From Prasinococcaceae sp. CCMP 1430 (lineage: Eukaryota > Plantae > Prasinodermophyta), in NCBI GenBank assembly GCA_013416795.1, contig RQSC01001135.1:106410-164600 (forward strand): 58,191 nt of DNA, in the 5' to 3' direction. The stretch's first letter is position 1. Each line of letters opens with the position of its first letter. The notes below the pieces were generated by a model. That model made no database searches. It saw nothing but the letters and a program-made list of their open reading frames with translations, and was not told the origin of the DNA. Made by a program: the position numbers and the translations under genes. Below are positions 19,002-30,904 of this stretch, one piece after another.

Positions 19002-22000
19002 ATGGCGCCCCCCTCGCCGGCGAAGTGGGTGCGCCCCATGTCATCCAAGGCAGCTGCATCGCGCTCCGCAGCTGCCGCGAGCGCCGGCGCGAGCAGCAGC
19101 GGCGGCGAGCTCGCGCTCGAAGGCACCACCCCACCGCACACGAGCGAGCCGGGCCCGCGCGCGCTCGCCACACCCGTGCGCAGCTCGCCGCTCAAGGCTG
19201 GCCCGCCGGGGGCTGGCCTCCAGAGTGCTCAGCCCGCGTCTGAACAGGCGCAGACAAAGACAATCGTGGGGCGGAGACCAGAGGTGAAGCTGGGTGCTGC
19301 GAAGGCGGACGCATCGAGGGGCTCGCGCGTGTCGGCTCACGCCGAGGCGCGGATGGCCATCCTGCGCAAGAGGGAGGAGATGCGCGCGCGCCGAGCGCGC
19401 GAAGCAGAGGAGGAGGCCGCGCGCGCCAAGGCCGCCCGCGATAAGGCGCGCGCCGCTGCCCGAGCTGAGCGCGAGAAGGCCGCGGCCAAGCTCAGGGCGC
19501 TCAGACGCCCGCGAGGCGCCCGCGCGGACACCGACGCCGGCGAGGGCGCAGGCGCAGGCGCTGGTACTTGTGCGATCGAGGGCAATGGGCCGTCTGAAGC
19601 GCAGACGAGTGTGCAGGCGCTCGCTGAGACACAGCAGCGCGTGCTGGGCGCGACGGGGATGTCGCCCGGTCTTTCGCCCGCAGGCAGCGCGTCGGGTGCT
19701 CAAGCAGCGCCTGTGGCGGCATCTCCTTCTCATGACGCGCCCAACGATAGCGACGCGGCACATCAGGCCGAGCTGCAGCTCGCTGCTCGCGACAAGCTGC
19801 TCGCAGCCCTGACGAGCGCGGGCGAGTCCGATGAGGTCGACCCGCAGCGCGACGTTCTACTCGCGGCACGAGTGCTGCTCGCAATGGACTCGCCCGAGCG
19901 TGGTGGTGCCGGCGCTGATATGTCGTCCGCTCTCGAGGAGTCGGTGCTTGCACTGGAGGCCGAAGAGGCTACCATGTTGGAAGCCGACGCGGGTATCGCG
20001 GCTGAGACCGAGGCGCCCGACGAACCCGCCAGCCCAGAGGCGTCACAGTCGCCGCCCATTGAGACGCAGGCGCGCTCGCGCGGCCACTCCAACACTGCCG
20101 AGGCCGAGGCCGGCACCGGCGCTGGCGACCGCACGGGCTTGGAAGAAGAGGCTCCGGCGTCCGTCACAACGGGACTCGCAATGTCGGAGTCAATCGCCGA
20201 ATTCCTTGAGCATGAGGCTCTTGCCGCCTCCGAGGTGCAAATCGCTGAGGCGGCGGCGATGAAGGCTGCTGATTCGGCGGTAGCTTCCATTGAACGTGCG
20301 CGAGCTGCTGCCAGCGGCGAAATGCACAGCGATGTCGAAGGCTCACCAGGGGTCTCCGAAACCCCCGCGACCGCCGCCGAGATTGACGTTGGGGGCAAGA
20401 GTGTCTTGGGAGAAGGCCTGGAGGTGGACAAATCGCACGCAGTCGTTGGCACCGACACGAAGCAATGTGCAGATGCGGTGGCAGGCAGTGACAGTTCGCC
20501 AGCTGCTTTTGCTGCGCCTGTCAACTTCGACGTCGCGGCTGGCGCTGGCGCAGATGGACTGGATCCTCACGCACCTACCGATGCGAGAGCTGCTACGGCC
20601 ACGTCTACTTCGCACGATGCCACAGCGGATGACAGCGTCGCTCGACGCTCGCTGCACACCGTGATGGCAACCGCGGCAAATAAAGGGAGTCCCGCGTCGA
20701 CACCGGCCAGAGTGGAAGGCAACCGCCACACGACTGGAGCGGCATCTTCGTCGGCGAAAGCCTCTCCTCCAATACCGTCTGCTGTGGTTTCGGCGATACC
20801 GCCCGCGCCCGCGCCCGCGCCCGCGCAGCCCGCGCCCGCACCTCCACAGGTGCCGCCTGCGCAGCCCTCACCGCCCCCGCCACAGGCTGTGAGCAGCTTC
20901 GCATCTGTGCTCGCCTACCTCGACCAAGTGGAAGCGGACATTACACCAGACTGGTCGGGGGCCCCGCCTGTCTCGACGTCGGTGCTTTCATCCCCGGCGC
21001 ACTCAACGCTATCTGTAGACACCACCTCGACGTGGGCAACAGGCGCCGCATACCCAGATCCGCCGTCAGGCGCAGGGGCGGGCGCACTGGTTACTGGTGC
21101 AGGGGCTGGCGGGGACGCTGCTGGCTACGCAGCTGTTGCCTACGGCAGCCTTCGTGGCAAAGTCAAAAGCCTTCGTGCCGCGCTGGATGCTTCGCGCTCG
21201 CGCGTATCACAGCTCGAGGCTGCAGCGCGTGATCAGCGCGCCAAGCACGCCCACGAGCTCGAACAAGTCCGATTCGAGGCCGAGATGGCCGCAGAGGCGG
21301 TGCGTACCGCGGCGGACGAGGCAAACGCGCGTAGCGTCGCCTTCATGGACAGGCTGCTCGCGGACAAGGATGCTCTCAGCGCCAGATGTGACAGCCTAGT
21401 GGCCGCTGCCGAGGAGATTGAGGCGGCGCACGCCCGCGCGACGGACGAGATGCGCGCATCGTGGCAGGGCGAATTGAAACGCCACCGCGATTCATGGGCT
21501 GCGGCCGAGCGCGTCAAGCGCGAGGCGTGGGAGTCGGACAAGGCCAGAGAGATCAAAGAGCTCACTATCAAGGTTAGCCAGCGCTCGCCAATTGGATCGC
21601 TTCGCACTAGCGCGCCGCGCCCCATTCACTCGCGGGCGCTCGCACGCTGACCCTATTGCCGCAACGTCTGGCGCAGGGCCTTGAGCCTGAAGTCCAGCGC
21701 CTGGTGGCCAAGCACAAAGCCGATGTGCGTCGTGCAGAGGTCCGCGCGCGTGAGGCCGCGCAGGCGCAGCTCGACGCGCAAGCTGTCGAACACGAGAGTT
21801 ACGTGCGACAGCTGCGCGAGCGCCTCGTGCGCGAACGAGACGATTTGCTGGAAAAAGAGCGCGCCGGGGCCGCTGAGAGACTGCGTGACGCCACCGCGCG
21901 CGCGGAGCATGCTGCTGAGGTGGCGCGTCAGCGCTTGCGCTCTGAGTTCGAAGCCAGACTCGATGAGGCGACGAGTGACGCTCGCGAGGCCAGGCGGGGT

Positions 22001-22902
22001 GTGGCCGATGCGGTAAAGCGCTCGGAATCTGAGGCCGAGCGGCGTGCGGTGGCTTTGGAAGCCGACGCGCGCGAGCGTGTGAGCGCTGCAGAGCGTGCAC
22101 ACGAGGCTGCGCGGGCAGCTTGGGAGAGGGAGACTGAGCAACGCATAGCCGAGGCGATCAGGTACGACGCGCACACGATGCCAAGGCCTCGGCGCATCTT
22201 TCTGGCTGGGTTTGCTCCCTGCATTCCGCTCCGCGTTCCTCTCCCTCTGACGCTCACTCCTTGACACAACGCGGCGCCACGCGCTGGAACGCGCGCACAC
22301 GTGTGCGCATCCCGTCGGGCGCGCATCGCAGCGAACGCGAGGCGAGCATCCGCTCCGTGTGCGAGGCGGAGCGCGACGCGCAGCTTGAGATGGTCGTTCG
22401 CCGCCTCGGTGAGGAGAGCGAGAGCGTTGCTGCCGCGGCGGCCGCAGGTGAGCGCTTGACCGCGCGCGAGCAGGTCGCCAAGGCGCGCCAAGAGGCATCC
22501 GAATCGGTGGCTCGCTTTCGTGACGAAGCCGAAGCGCGCGCGCGCGCGGAGGCCCGCGCGGAGAGCGCTGCCGCCGAGTGCAAGCGCCTCAGCGCTGCGA
22601 TGGCAGCGCTCGAGGGGCAGTCCGAGGCGGCTCGCGCGGAGGCGGCGCTCATCGACCGACGGAGGGACGCTGCTCTGCGCGACGCAGAAGCGCGCGCAAG
22701 CGACGCGGAGGAGCGGGCGCTGCGAGCGAACCGGGCGTCTGCTGCTGCGCAGGAGGCTGCGGTGGCCGAAGCAGCGGCGGTCGACGCACGCGTGCGCGCG
22801 GTGCTGGCGCAACGCGACGCCGCCATCCGGCAGCTCGCAGACGAGCTCGAGGCGGTGCGCGCGCAGACGGCCGAACTGCAACGGGAGGTGGCACATGAGT
22901 AG
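19002..22902 (+). CDS. CEP131: Centrosomal protein CEP131/AZI1; exons 19002..21572, 21677..22161, 22332..22902
   Basis: FMDRLLADKDALSARC; WAAAERVKREAWESDKAREIKELTIK/GLEPEVQRLVAKHK; AERDAQLEMVVRRL. Long low-complexity N-terminal half. Both introns restore the frame. Confidence 0.9.
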
Positions 22903-23217
22903 TCGCCGTGCGCCCCTCCCCCAACCCCACCCCACCCCAAGGTGCCCTCCCATATCAGTGCATTGTTTCACGCGCCTCTCGCACCGTCCAGCCCGCACGC
23001 TCGCCCGCCGCGAGCCGAGGCGCGCGCCGCCGCGCCCCCTCCGCGCGAGCGCGCTCCAGCCAGAGGCCGGCGGCGGCGNNNNNNNNNNNGCCGCGGGCGC
23101 AAGGCAAGAGCGGGGAGGGGGGGGGCGCCGGGGCGGCTCGGGCGCGCACCCGCGCGCGCGGGTGCGCGGGTGCGTGCGCCCGCGCGCTGGGGTTGGCCAG
23201 CGTGGTTCGCCTTCGTC

Positions 23218-26200
23218 ATGGTCACCTCTGATGCGGACGTGCGCATCGAGGTGGGCGCGCTGCCGACGCCTGCGGAAGGGGGCGAGCAGCCGTGCACGCT
23301 CTCGCTGGAGCACGCGTCGTACCGCGCCCTGGAGGTCGATGGCCTCGTTCACATCAACGTCTTGCGCTCCGGCAGCGATGCAAACGCGTGCTCCGTGCGC
23401 GTGCGCACGCGCGACGGCAGCGCGCGCGGAGGTGTGCACTACGTGAAGATGGACGAGACAGTCACGTTCGAGCCTGGTGAGAAGAGCAAATCCGTGACCG
23501 CGTACATCTTCGACTCGCCCGACCAGTCGTCATACGTATTCAGTGTGGTGCTCTCCGAGGCGCGCGCGCTCGCGGGCAAGCGGCAGCGCCGCTCCTCTGC
23601 CCGCACATTCGAGGTGGCGATCGGCGCCACGAGTGAGGCGACCGTCGTCATCGTCGACACGGACCAGAAGACACTGCCCAAAACGCTGCTGAACAGCGGC
23701 GCCTTCCAGGTAATCGTCTTCCTCTCGACGGCCTTCGCGCTCTTCGGCAACGACATCTCAGCGGTGTACGGCGGGCCCAAGACCGACCCTATTATTGACG
23801 CCATCACTGCACTCAACATCGCAGTGTTCTCCCTGGAGCTCGTGCTGATGGCCATCGTCAAAGGTAAAGCGTATGTGCCCTCGATCCAGCTGGGCATGGA
23901 CTTGCTGGCCATCTTCGGGCTGGTAGCGCTCCTGCCGTCGTTTGCGCGCGCGCTGGGCAGCGGCGCGGGCATTGGCGTGCTCGCGCGTGCGGGACGCGCT
24001 GCACGCGTGGCGGCCAAGGCCGGGCGCACCATCAAGGTGCCCCAACTTCTGGGGAAGATTATCCACTTTGCTGCTGTCGCAGCTGCGTGGGTGCAGTCTA
24101 AGAAGAAGAAGAGGAAGGCCGAGGACGACGAATTCGGGGACGGCGAGGACGCGGGGGACAAGGGCGCCGGGAAGATCGGCGCCGGCGATGGCAACGGTGC
24201 CGATGATGGCTACGATGGAAGCGAAGGGCACGCTGAGGAGGGTGCCACCGATCCAAGGGCTCCCACGCTCCTGGAGTCGATGAGCGCGCGCAGCCTCGGC
24301 CGCGTCCAAGAGGAAGTGAAGGAGGCGACGGCGGAGACGGCCGATGGCGCCATGGTCGACAATGCCTCTCGCGCGGGGAAAATAGGCGCCACGGTCCTGG
24401 ACCTTCTCACATCCAAGGTCATCCTCATGATGCTGATGCTGCTCGTGTGCGCTGAGTTCATCACTGTGATTGAGGTGCCCGCGCAGAAGGAGCTGGGCCT
24501 GGATGTGCTCGAGGCGCTCGGGCCCAGCGCGGCTGATGTCGCTGTTCCAACCGCCGCCTTCGAGGACGTGCTTGCAATTTTCAAGGCCTCCGCCGCCAGC
24601 TTGCACGAGGATGGCAAGGGAGACGAAGCACCGGCCACTGCTTACAATGTGCGCGAGCCGTTGCTGTACCTTCGCATCAATGGCATCGAGTACAACGACG
24701 ATCTCAACGCGCAGCGGGTCACAAGCCTCCGCTCGATGGAAATGCGTGCGGTGTCGAGCGAAGGATGCAGCTTCGACCCCTTCGATGTGTACAGCGATCT
24801 CGTCGAGCCTGTTGGCGCCAGCGGTCCGGGCGCGTCGCAGTGCCCGTCCGCCGCCGTGTTCGACAACTCGTCCTTCTCTCGAGCGGATGCTGCTGCTTCA
24901 ATGGGTCTCACGTGTGCCATCGTGGTAATTTTGTCCATTGGGATGGGTCTCATGGCCGTTGACTTCCGGGAGAGGATGGGCGAGCCCCTTGCGCATATGA
25001 TGGACACCATGGGAGCCGTCAAGGCGCTCGTGAGCGGCACCCCCTTTGGCGCGGGCGGTGCCATCGAGGAAGAAGACGACGAGGAAGACGACGACGACGA
25101 CAGCGACCCGTCCGACTCTGGCGGCGACGACCCGAGCGAATCTGGCGATGCGGCTGAGGTCGCACAGGGCCGCAGCAAGCGTGCGCGAGCCACGCTGCGG
25201 CGCCTGCGCAACATCGTGGGCACCCCGAAGTCGTTTAGTGCGGGCGTTGTCAACGTCCACAAAACGTACGAGAGGATCTACTCGTCGATGTTGGGGCTGA
25301 CCAAAGACGTAGAGAATGCCTTCGGCGTGCGCATGACAGCCGTCCGGAACCGTCTCATCATGCGCAACCAGGAGCTGGGGAACGTATTCACCTCGCTTGA
25401 GGACGCCGCGCGCCAGGTTGCATCGGGCGAGATCCGGCTGGTTGACATGAGCGAATTCGCCGTCATGACCTCGCGCGCGGGACAGGGCGTCGTTGAGGAC
25501 GCGATGCTGGCCGTCAACAAAGATGAGCCAAAGGTGAGTGGGGCGTGCGAATGTGAGCGCGCTTGCGCTTGCGCAGGTGGGCGCGGTCATATGCGCCGTC
25601 TCTCCGTGTCTCGCGCTCGCAGGGTGCTCACGCATGCTCGCGCTCGCACGCGCCTTTGCTCTCGCGATCTCAGCCCGATTCGGAGGCGGATGCATCAGCT
25701 GTCTCCGCCGGAGCGTCCTCCATGTCTGAGTCTGCTCGCCCAAGCGCCTTGCGCCGCGTCGAGTCGGTCACCCGTGTCCTGGAAGCTCACTCAGAGGCGT
25801 ACCTGTCGAAGCTTGAGGATGCGATGGCAGAGCGTGGTGTTGCTGTGCCTCCGAGCGGGGTGACGCTCGGCGCGGCCCTGGGCTTCGCTGAAAGCGCGGC
25901 GGTGGATGCAGCGGCCAGCACGATCCGCTCTGTGGCCGCGCGTCTGTCGGAAAGCGGTGTGGTTGGAGATGCTTTCAAGCGCGCCGCTCAAAAGCATGCG
26001 TCGGCCAGCGGCGATGGGACGGGCCCCAGGGCACCGAGTGCGGCCGAGGCGACGTCGCTGTCAAGCGACTCGATTGACACGCTGGACTCGCGCGTCGCAT
26101 CGCTCGTGGCCGTGCTCGCATCGGAGAAGATCGAGTCGCTGGGCTTCTCCGTGCCAGATGACATGCCACTACTCGAGTCGGCAGACCAGCAGCAGGACGT

Positions 26201-27054
26201 GCTCGGCGCGCGCCTCCGAGGGACGCTTCTGCGTCTCGAGAATGCCTTCGTGCACAACTCGCTCATCGCTCTCGAGGAGAAAGGGGTGTGTCTCCCGCGC
26301 GAGGACGTGCTGAGGGAGGATCCGTCCGCTGCGCCGTGCATGTCTATGCGGGGATTGAAGGCCGCGACGGAGCAGTCGTTGGTGGCACTCGCCAAGCAGG
26401 CGCTCGAGGCCTCAGGTCCCGCTGAGGGTGCGCGCAGCCTGCAGGGCATGTCTCAAAACGACCTGCTGCGTGCCGCGGCGGACGCACTCGTGCAGGCGGC
26501 GCTTGATGGCGGCGATGCATTCGCCTCTCTGCCGCCGGTCGTGAAGCACGCTGCCAAGGCCGGCGGCGAGGCGCTTCTGCGTGCAGCCGCGTCTCCCGAG
26601 GGCGTAGAAACGTTCTTGGCGACGGTCGGCCCATCCGATCTCAGCTCGCTGCTCGAGATGGCGGTGCAAAAGAGCAAGGCAGCCGATGGAGAAGAGGACG
26701 ACGATGCTCAGGCGCACGCGACGGAACTGGTGCGTGCGCGATGCGTGCGCGCGCGGCCGCGCGAGAGGGGGCGTCGACGCGATGGCGTCGCTCGCTCGCT
26801 GCGGCTGACCCCGCTACCAATCGCTTTCGCGCGCACAGGCACTCGACCACATGTCTTTCATCGCCGAGGCTGCCAAGGCCCTGGCGGGCGCCGAAGGGGG
26901 CGGGCGGGTCGCCGCCGCGATTTCGCTGGTGTTGAGCGCGGCCGAGCGAGGTCTCGTTCCCGAGGGCGCGCTCGGTACGATCGATTTGAGACTGCTGCGG
27001 CTGGTGCGCGGCGCGGCCGGCACAGGGCCCACGGAACGCTCCGGCTCGTCGTAG
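23218..27054 (+). CDS. Calx-beta domain + 6-TM voltage-sensor/ion-channel module of the protist tmAC type + unrecognised C-terminal helical region (no cyclase motif); exons 23218..25533, 25674..26729, 26839..27054
   Basis: Calx-beta: SLEHASYRALE..VHINVLRSG..SVRVRTRDGSA..YVKMDETVTFEPGEKSKSVT..ATVVIVD. S1-S3 helices; S4 RAGRAARVAAKAGRTIK; S5 TSKVILMMLMLL; loop LLYLRING; S6 AVFD..TCAIVVILSIGM..EPLAHM. Both introns are phase 0 GT-AG. Confidence 0.82.
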
Positions 27055-27534
27055 ACCCCGTCCCGATGCGACCCGCGCGGCAGCTTGCAGCCCGGTTCGT
27101 AGCCTTCCCGAACCGGGGATTTTAAATCTATGTAATTCCCTGTCCCAGGCCCCTTCACGGGTCTGACCGCGAAAATTACCCCAAATACCAGTACAGGTAT
27201 TGAGCAGAACCGGGAGAAAGAACACCAATGCCCCCCACCCGGAACTCTTTTGAGGTCATTCCTTTCAGGGTTCGCGTAGCGGCGCCTCCCGCGCGCGCGC
27301 GCCCCACGGCTGCGCGCGCGCGCGCTTTCGCACGCGCGTTCGAACCGCGCATGGGGGGGGGGGTGCGGGCACACTGCGCGCGGCGGGCGCTGCGGAGGGG
27401 AGGGCGAGAGGGCGAGAGGCGGCGCTCGTAGAAGCGGCGCCGGCGGGCGGCTCGCGCGTCGGAAGGGTGAGAGGGAGGGGGAGGGGAGCGCGAGAGGGAG
27501 GGCGAGGGGAAGGGAGGGGTGGGCGGCGGCGACG

Positions 27535-28776
27535 ATGGCGGCGACGTGCGTCGACGCTGGCGTGCGCCAGGCGCTGGGCGAGGCGCTCTACCCGCTGGTG
27601 TGCGCGTCCGAGGCGGGCGAGGCGCGGGCGGGCAAGGTCACCGGGATGCTGCTCGAACTCGGCAGCGAGGCGTGCTCGGAAATCATCACGGGCGGCGCGG
27701 CCGCGGTGGACGAGAAGGTCGCCGAGGCGCTCGCCGTGCTGGCGCAGGCCGACGAGGCGGCCGCGGCGGCCGCGAAGAAGGCCTCCAAGGCGGAGGCCGC
27801 AGCGGAGGTCATGTCGCCCACGGGACCGGCGGACTTCCCTTCGTCGAACCAAACGACGCCCGACGAGGAGGCGGATGTCACCATGGTGAGAGCGCTCGCG
27901 CTCGCGCGGGCGAGCGACCAGCGCGTCGCGTTCGCTCGGTCGCTCGCGCTGACGCCGCGGGCGGCCGCCCCCACACGCAGGAGGCGATGGCGTGCGAGGA
28001 GTCCGTTGCCGCGACCGTGGCCGGCGCTCCGCTTGGCAAATCGGCGCGTTCGCGCACCGCCGGCGCCGGCGCGGCCAAGGCCCTCGCTGGCACCGTGCGC
28101 AAGCTCGAGGCCGACCTGGAGACGGTCGCCGACGCCAAGCGGAAGGGCAAGGGCGCGGGCGGCAAGGCAAAGAAGGCGACCAGCGCCAAGGAGCTCGCGG
28201 CGCGCCTCGAGGAGCCTAAGGTCGCGCTGGTGGCCCGCGCAGTAGCGACTCTCGGCCACAAGCGCGTGCAGGACCTCATCGCCGAGACCGAGGAGGTCGA
28301 GAGCAACGGCGGCATGATGATCGCCGACGGCACGCGCCGCCGCCGCAAGGGCGGCGTGTTCTGGGCTCTGGTCAAGGAGGCCACGTCTCACGAGCAATAC
28401 GGGGAGGTGAGGGCGCGTGCGAACGCCCGCGGGAGGTCGTGCCTCTGCGTGAATGCTCTCGGGGTGTGCGCGCTGGCTGGCAGCTGCCCTTGCGCCGCGC
28501 CGGTGCCCGCGCGTGCGCGCCGCTGACGCTCGACGCGCGCGCGCGGGCGAATGGCGCGCCGAGTAGATTTTTGCCGCAGAGAAGGCCAAGCAGCGCGAGC
28601 GCTGCGCCCGGAGGCAGCGTCAGCGCTACCTCAAGCGCAAGGAGGCGCTGTCGCGCCAGTCTTCGCTCGAGGATGAGGCCGCCAAGGTCGCGCCGAGCGC
28701 GGAGGAGCTCGCCAAGGCCGCGCAGCGCACGTCGCCCAACAAGCGCTCGTTCGCACAGATCATCCGCTCCGACTGA
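27535..28776 (+). CDS. PHAX: PHAX RNA-binding-domain protein with an N-terminal MLLE/PABC domain; exons 27535..27885, 27981..28406, 28567..28776
   Basis: MLLE: RQALGEALYPLV..AGKVTGMLLEL..VDEKVAEALAVL. PHAX: LEEPKVALVARAVATLG..LIAETEEVESNGGMMIADGTRRRRKGGVFWALVK/EIFAAEK. Both introns are phase 0. Confidence 0.85.
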
Positions 28777-29463
28777 GGCTGCCGATGGAGGCCGTCCGAG
28801 CGGTTCGGGACGCTCTCGGGACGCGCGACGCGCGCGCTGTCGCTGCTATACAGCGAGGCGAGCCATCCCAAGACGCCGCATGCCCGAGCGCGCTTCCCGC
28901 GCCCGGCACACTCGCACACACACACAGCGGCTCGCGTCCCCATGCGAAGCCCGCCAAGATCCGACTCGCCTGTATTTTATCCCCCGCCCTGGCCCCCACT
29001 CAGGACTCCCGCGCGCGCAGGCGTGTGCCCCCGCGGGCCCCGCTTGCCACTGGGATGGAGTGCCGTGGTGCATTCGCGCGCGGCACGCGCGGCACCACCC
29101 TGTGTAAATGGCCGGCCCTTACGTCCAATCGCCGCGGCCTTCGCTGCGGCGCGAGCGCCGCGAGCGCGTTGCGCGCGCGAGCGGCTCGGGGGCGATCGTG
29201 CGGGCGCGTGCATGCAGAGCGCGCGCGCGCGCGCGCATGCATGCATGTCTACTTGAACGCCGCACCGGAGGACGTGCTCGGGGCGGGAGCCTGGAAGGGC
29301 CGTGGGTGCGTGTGTGGGTCAGCGGTGTCGGGGCGCCTCCCCCCCCCTAGGCAATGGCGCGCGAGCGCGCGCGCCCGATGCATTCTGCCCCCCCCAGACC
29401 GCATGTTCGCGCGAGCACATTCGAGCCCGCTCGCGAAGAGGGCGCCCGCGCGCGCGCTCGCAC

Positions 29464-30063
29464 CTTGCCCGTCAGCACGTCCATGAGGCTCGGCTGCCCC
29501 GGCGCCTCGGCGTCGTCCAGGAAGAGGTCATCCGGCGCGCGCATGGCGCCGTGGCCTGCGCAGAGCGCCGCTCCCACGAACGCGCTGGTGATCAGCGTCG
29601 AGCCCACGCCCGTGAAGAAGAAGATGAACAGCGCCGAGAGTGCACCCATGCCGTACAGCTTCTGCTGCGGCGTCACCTCATGGCCGTTCACCACCAGCGG
29701 GGCCTCGCCGCGGACCATGAAGACCCACACCCACGCGATGGCGAGCAGCGCCATCCACACGAGGCTGCTCGGGTTGAGCACGAGGCCGAGCGCGACGCTG
29801 CCCGCCGTGACCACGCCGTAGTTCACGCCGAAGTACGAGGCGTTTTTGCGCGCGCGCGTGATGGCCTCGCCCACCGTCGCCGGGCGCGAGAACGCGCTGC
29901 GGTCGGCGAGCTCCGTCCACGGGCGCCGGCGCGCGAGCGCGGCGCCGACGCGCTCCTTCACGACGGGCGCCGCCGCCTGCAGCGCCGTCACGGCGGCTCC
30001 GAAGCCCGCCTGCGCGCCGCCACTCGCGCTCGAGATGGCGGTGGTTCCCGCCATCTCCGTCAT
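29464..30063 (-). CDS. PRA1: PRA1 (prenylated Rab acceptor 1) family protein; short 3' exon unresolved
   Basis: RRPWTELADRSAFSRP; RARKNASYFGVNY; two hydrophobic hairpins; GHGAMRAPDDLFLD. Likely donor AAG|GTGCG at 29463. Confidence 0.92.
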
Positions 30064-30786
30064 CGCGCGCGCCGCGCGCTCTCAGGCGGCGAAGCGACGC
30101 CGCGGTGCCGGCGCGCGCCGGCGCGTGCGNNNNNNNNNNNNNNNNNNNNNNNNNNNNNNNNNNNNNNNNNNNNNNNNNNNNNNNNNNNNNNNNNNNNNNN
30201 NNNNNNNNNNNNNNNNNNNNNNNNNNNNNNNNNNNNNNNNNNNNNNNNNNNNNNNNNNNNNNNNNNNNNNNNNNNNNNNNNNNNNNNNNNNNNNNNNNNN
30301 NNNNNNNNNNNNNNNNNNNNNNNNNNNNNNNNNNNNNNNNNNNNNNNNNNNNNNNNNNNNNNNNNNNNNNNNNNNNNNNNNNNNNNNNNNNNNNNNNNNN
30401 NNNNNNNNNNNNNNNNNNNNNNNNNNNNNNNNNNNNCGCGCGCGCGCGCGCGCGTGCCGCCCCGGGGAACTCGGTCGGGGAACGGCGCCCCCACGCTGCG
30501 CGACGCGCGCGCGCGCGCCAATCACCGCGATGTCAGGTCATTCGCAATGCGTCAACGCGTACGGAAGGCGATTCGACGCGCGACGTTTCCGCGGGTTCGA
30601 ACGTCTCTCGCGAGACGTCAAAGTAAAAAAAAAAAAGGAATTTCATTTGGAAACGAGGTCGAAACCAAAACGCGCCGCGGAAAAAAAAAAGAGCGTGGAA
30701 TTTAAAAAAAGGGAGGCGACTGTTGGGGCCGCGCGCGCGCTCGGCAAATGCCGGCGCACCGACCCACACGCGCGCCGATTCCGTTT

Positions 30787-30904
30787 TTTTTTAAAGATTT
30801 TTAAAAATTATGGTGTTTTACATTCTTGTGCATTCGTTCTCTCTGGTGTCCGACTGTGTTTTTATTTTATTTTAATTCCCGTGTTATTTTACATTCTTGT
30901 GCAT
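30787..30904. repeat. AT-rich island with a duplicated 18-mer TTTTACATTCTTGTGCAT (30816..30833 and 30887..30904)
   Basis: Exact direct repeat inside T-tract-rich sequence. Confidence 0.8.

Noticed and set aside
16280-27054. A single operon-like pathway linking NDK-paladin, CEP131 and the Calx-beta channel
   Set aside because: The genes are on different strands with separate poly(A) signals; adjacency alone does not show a shared pathway, so it is kept only as a clustering hypothesis.
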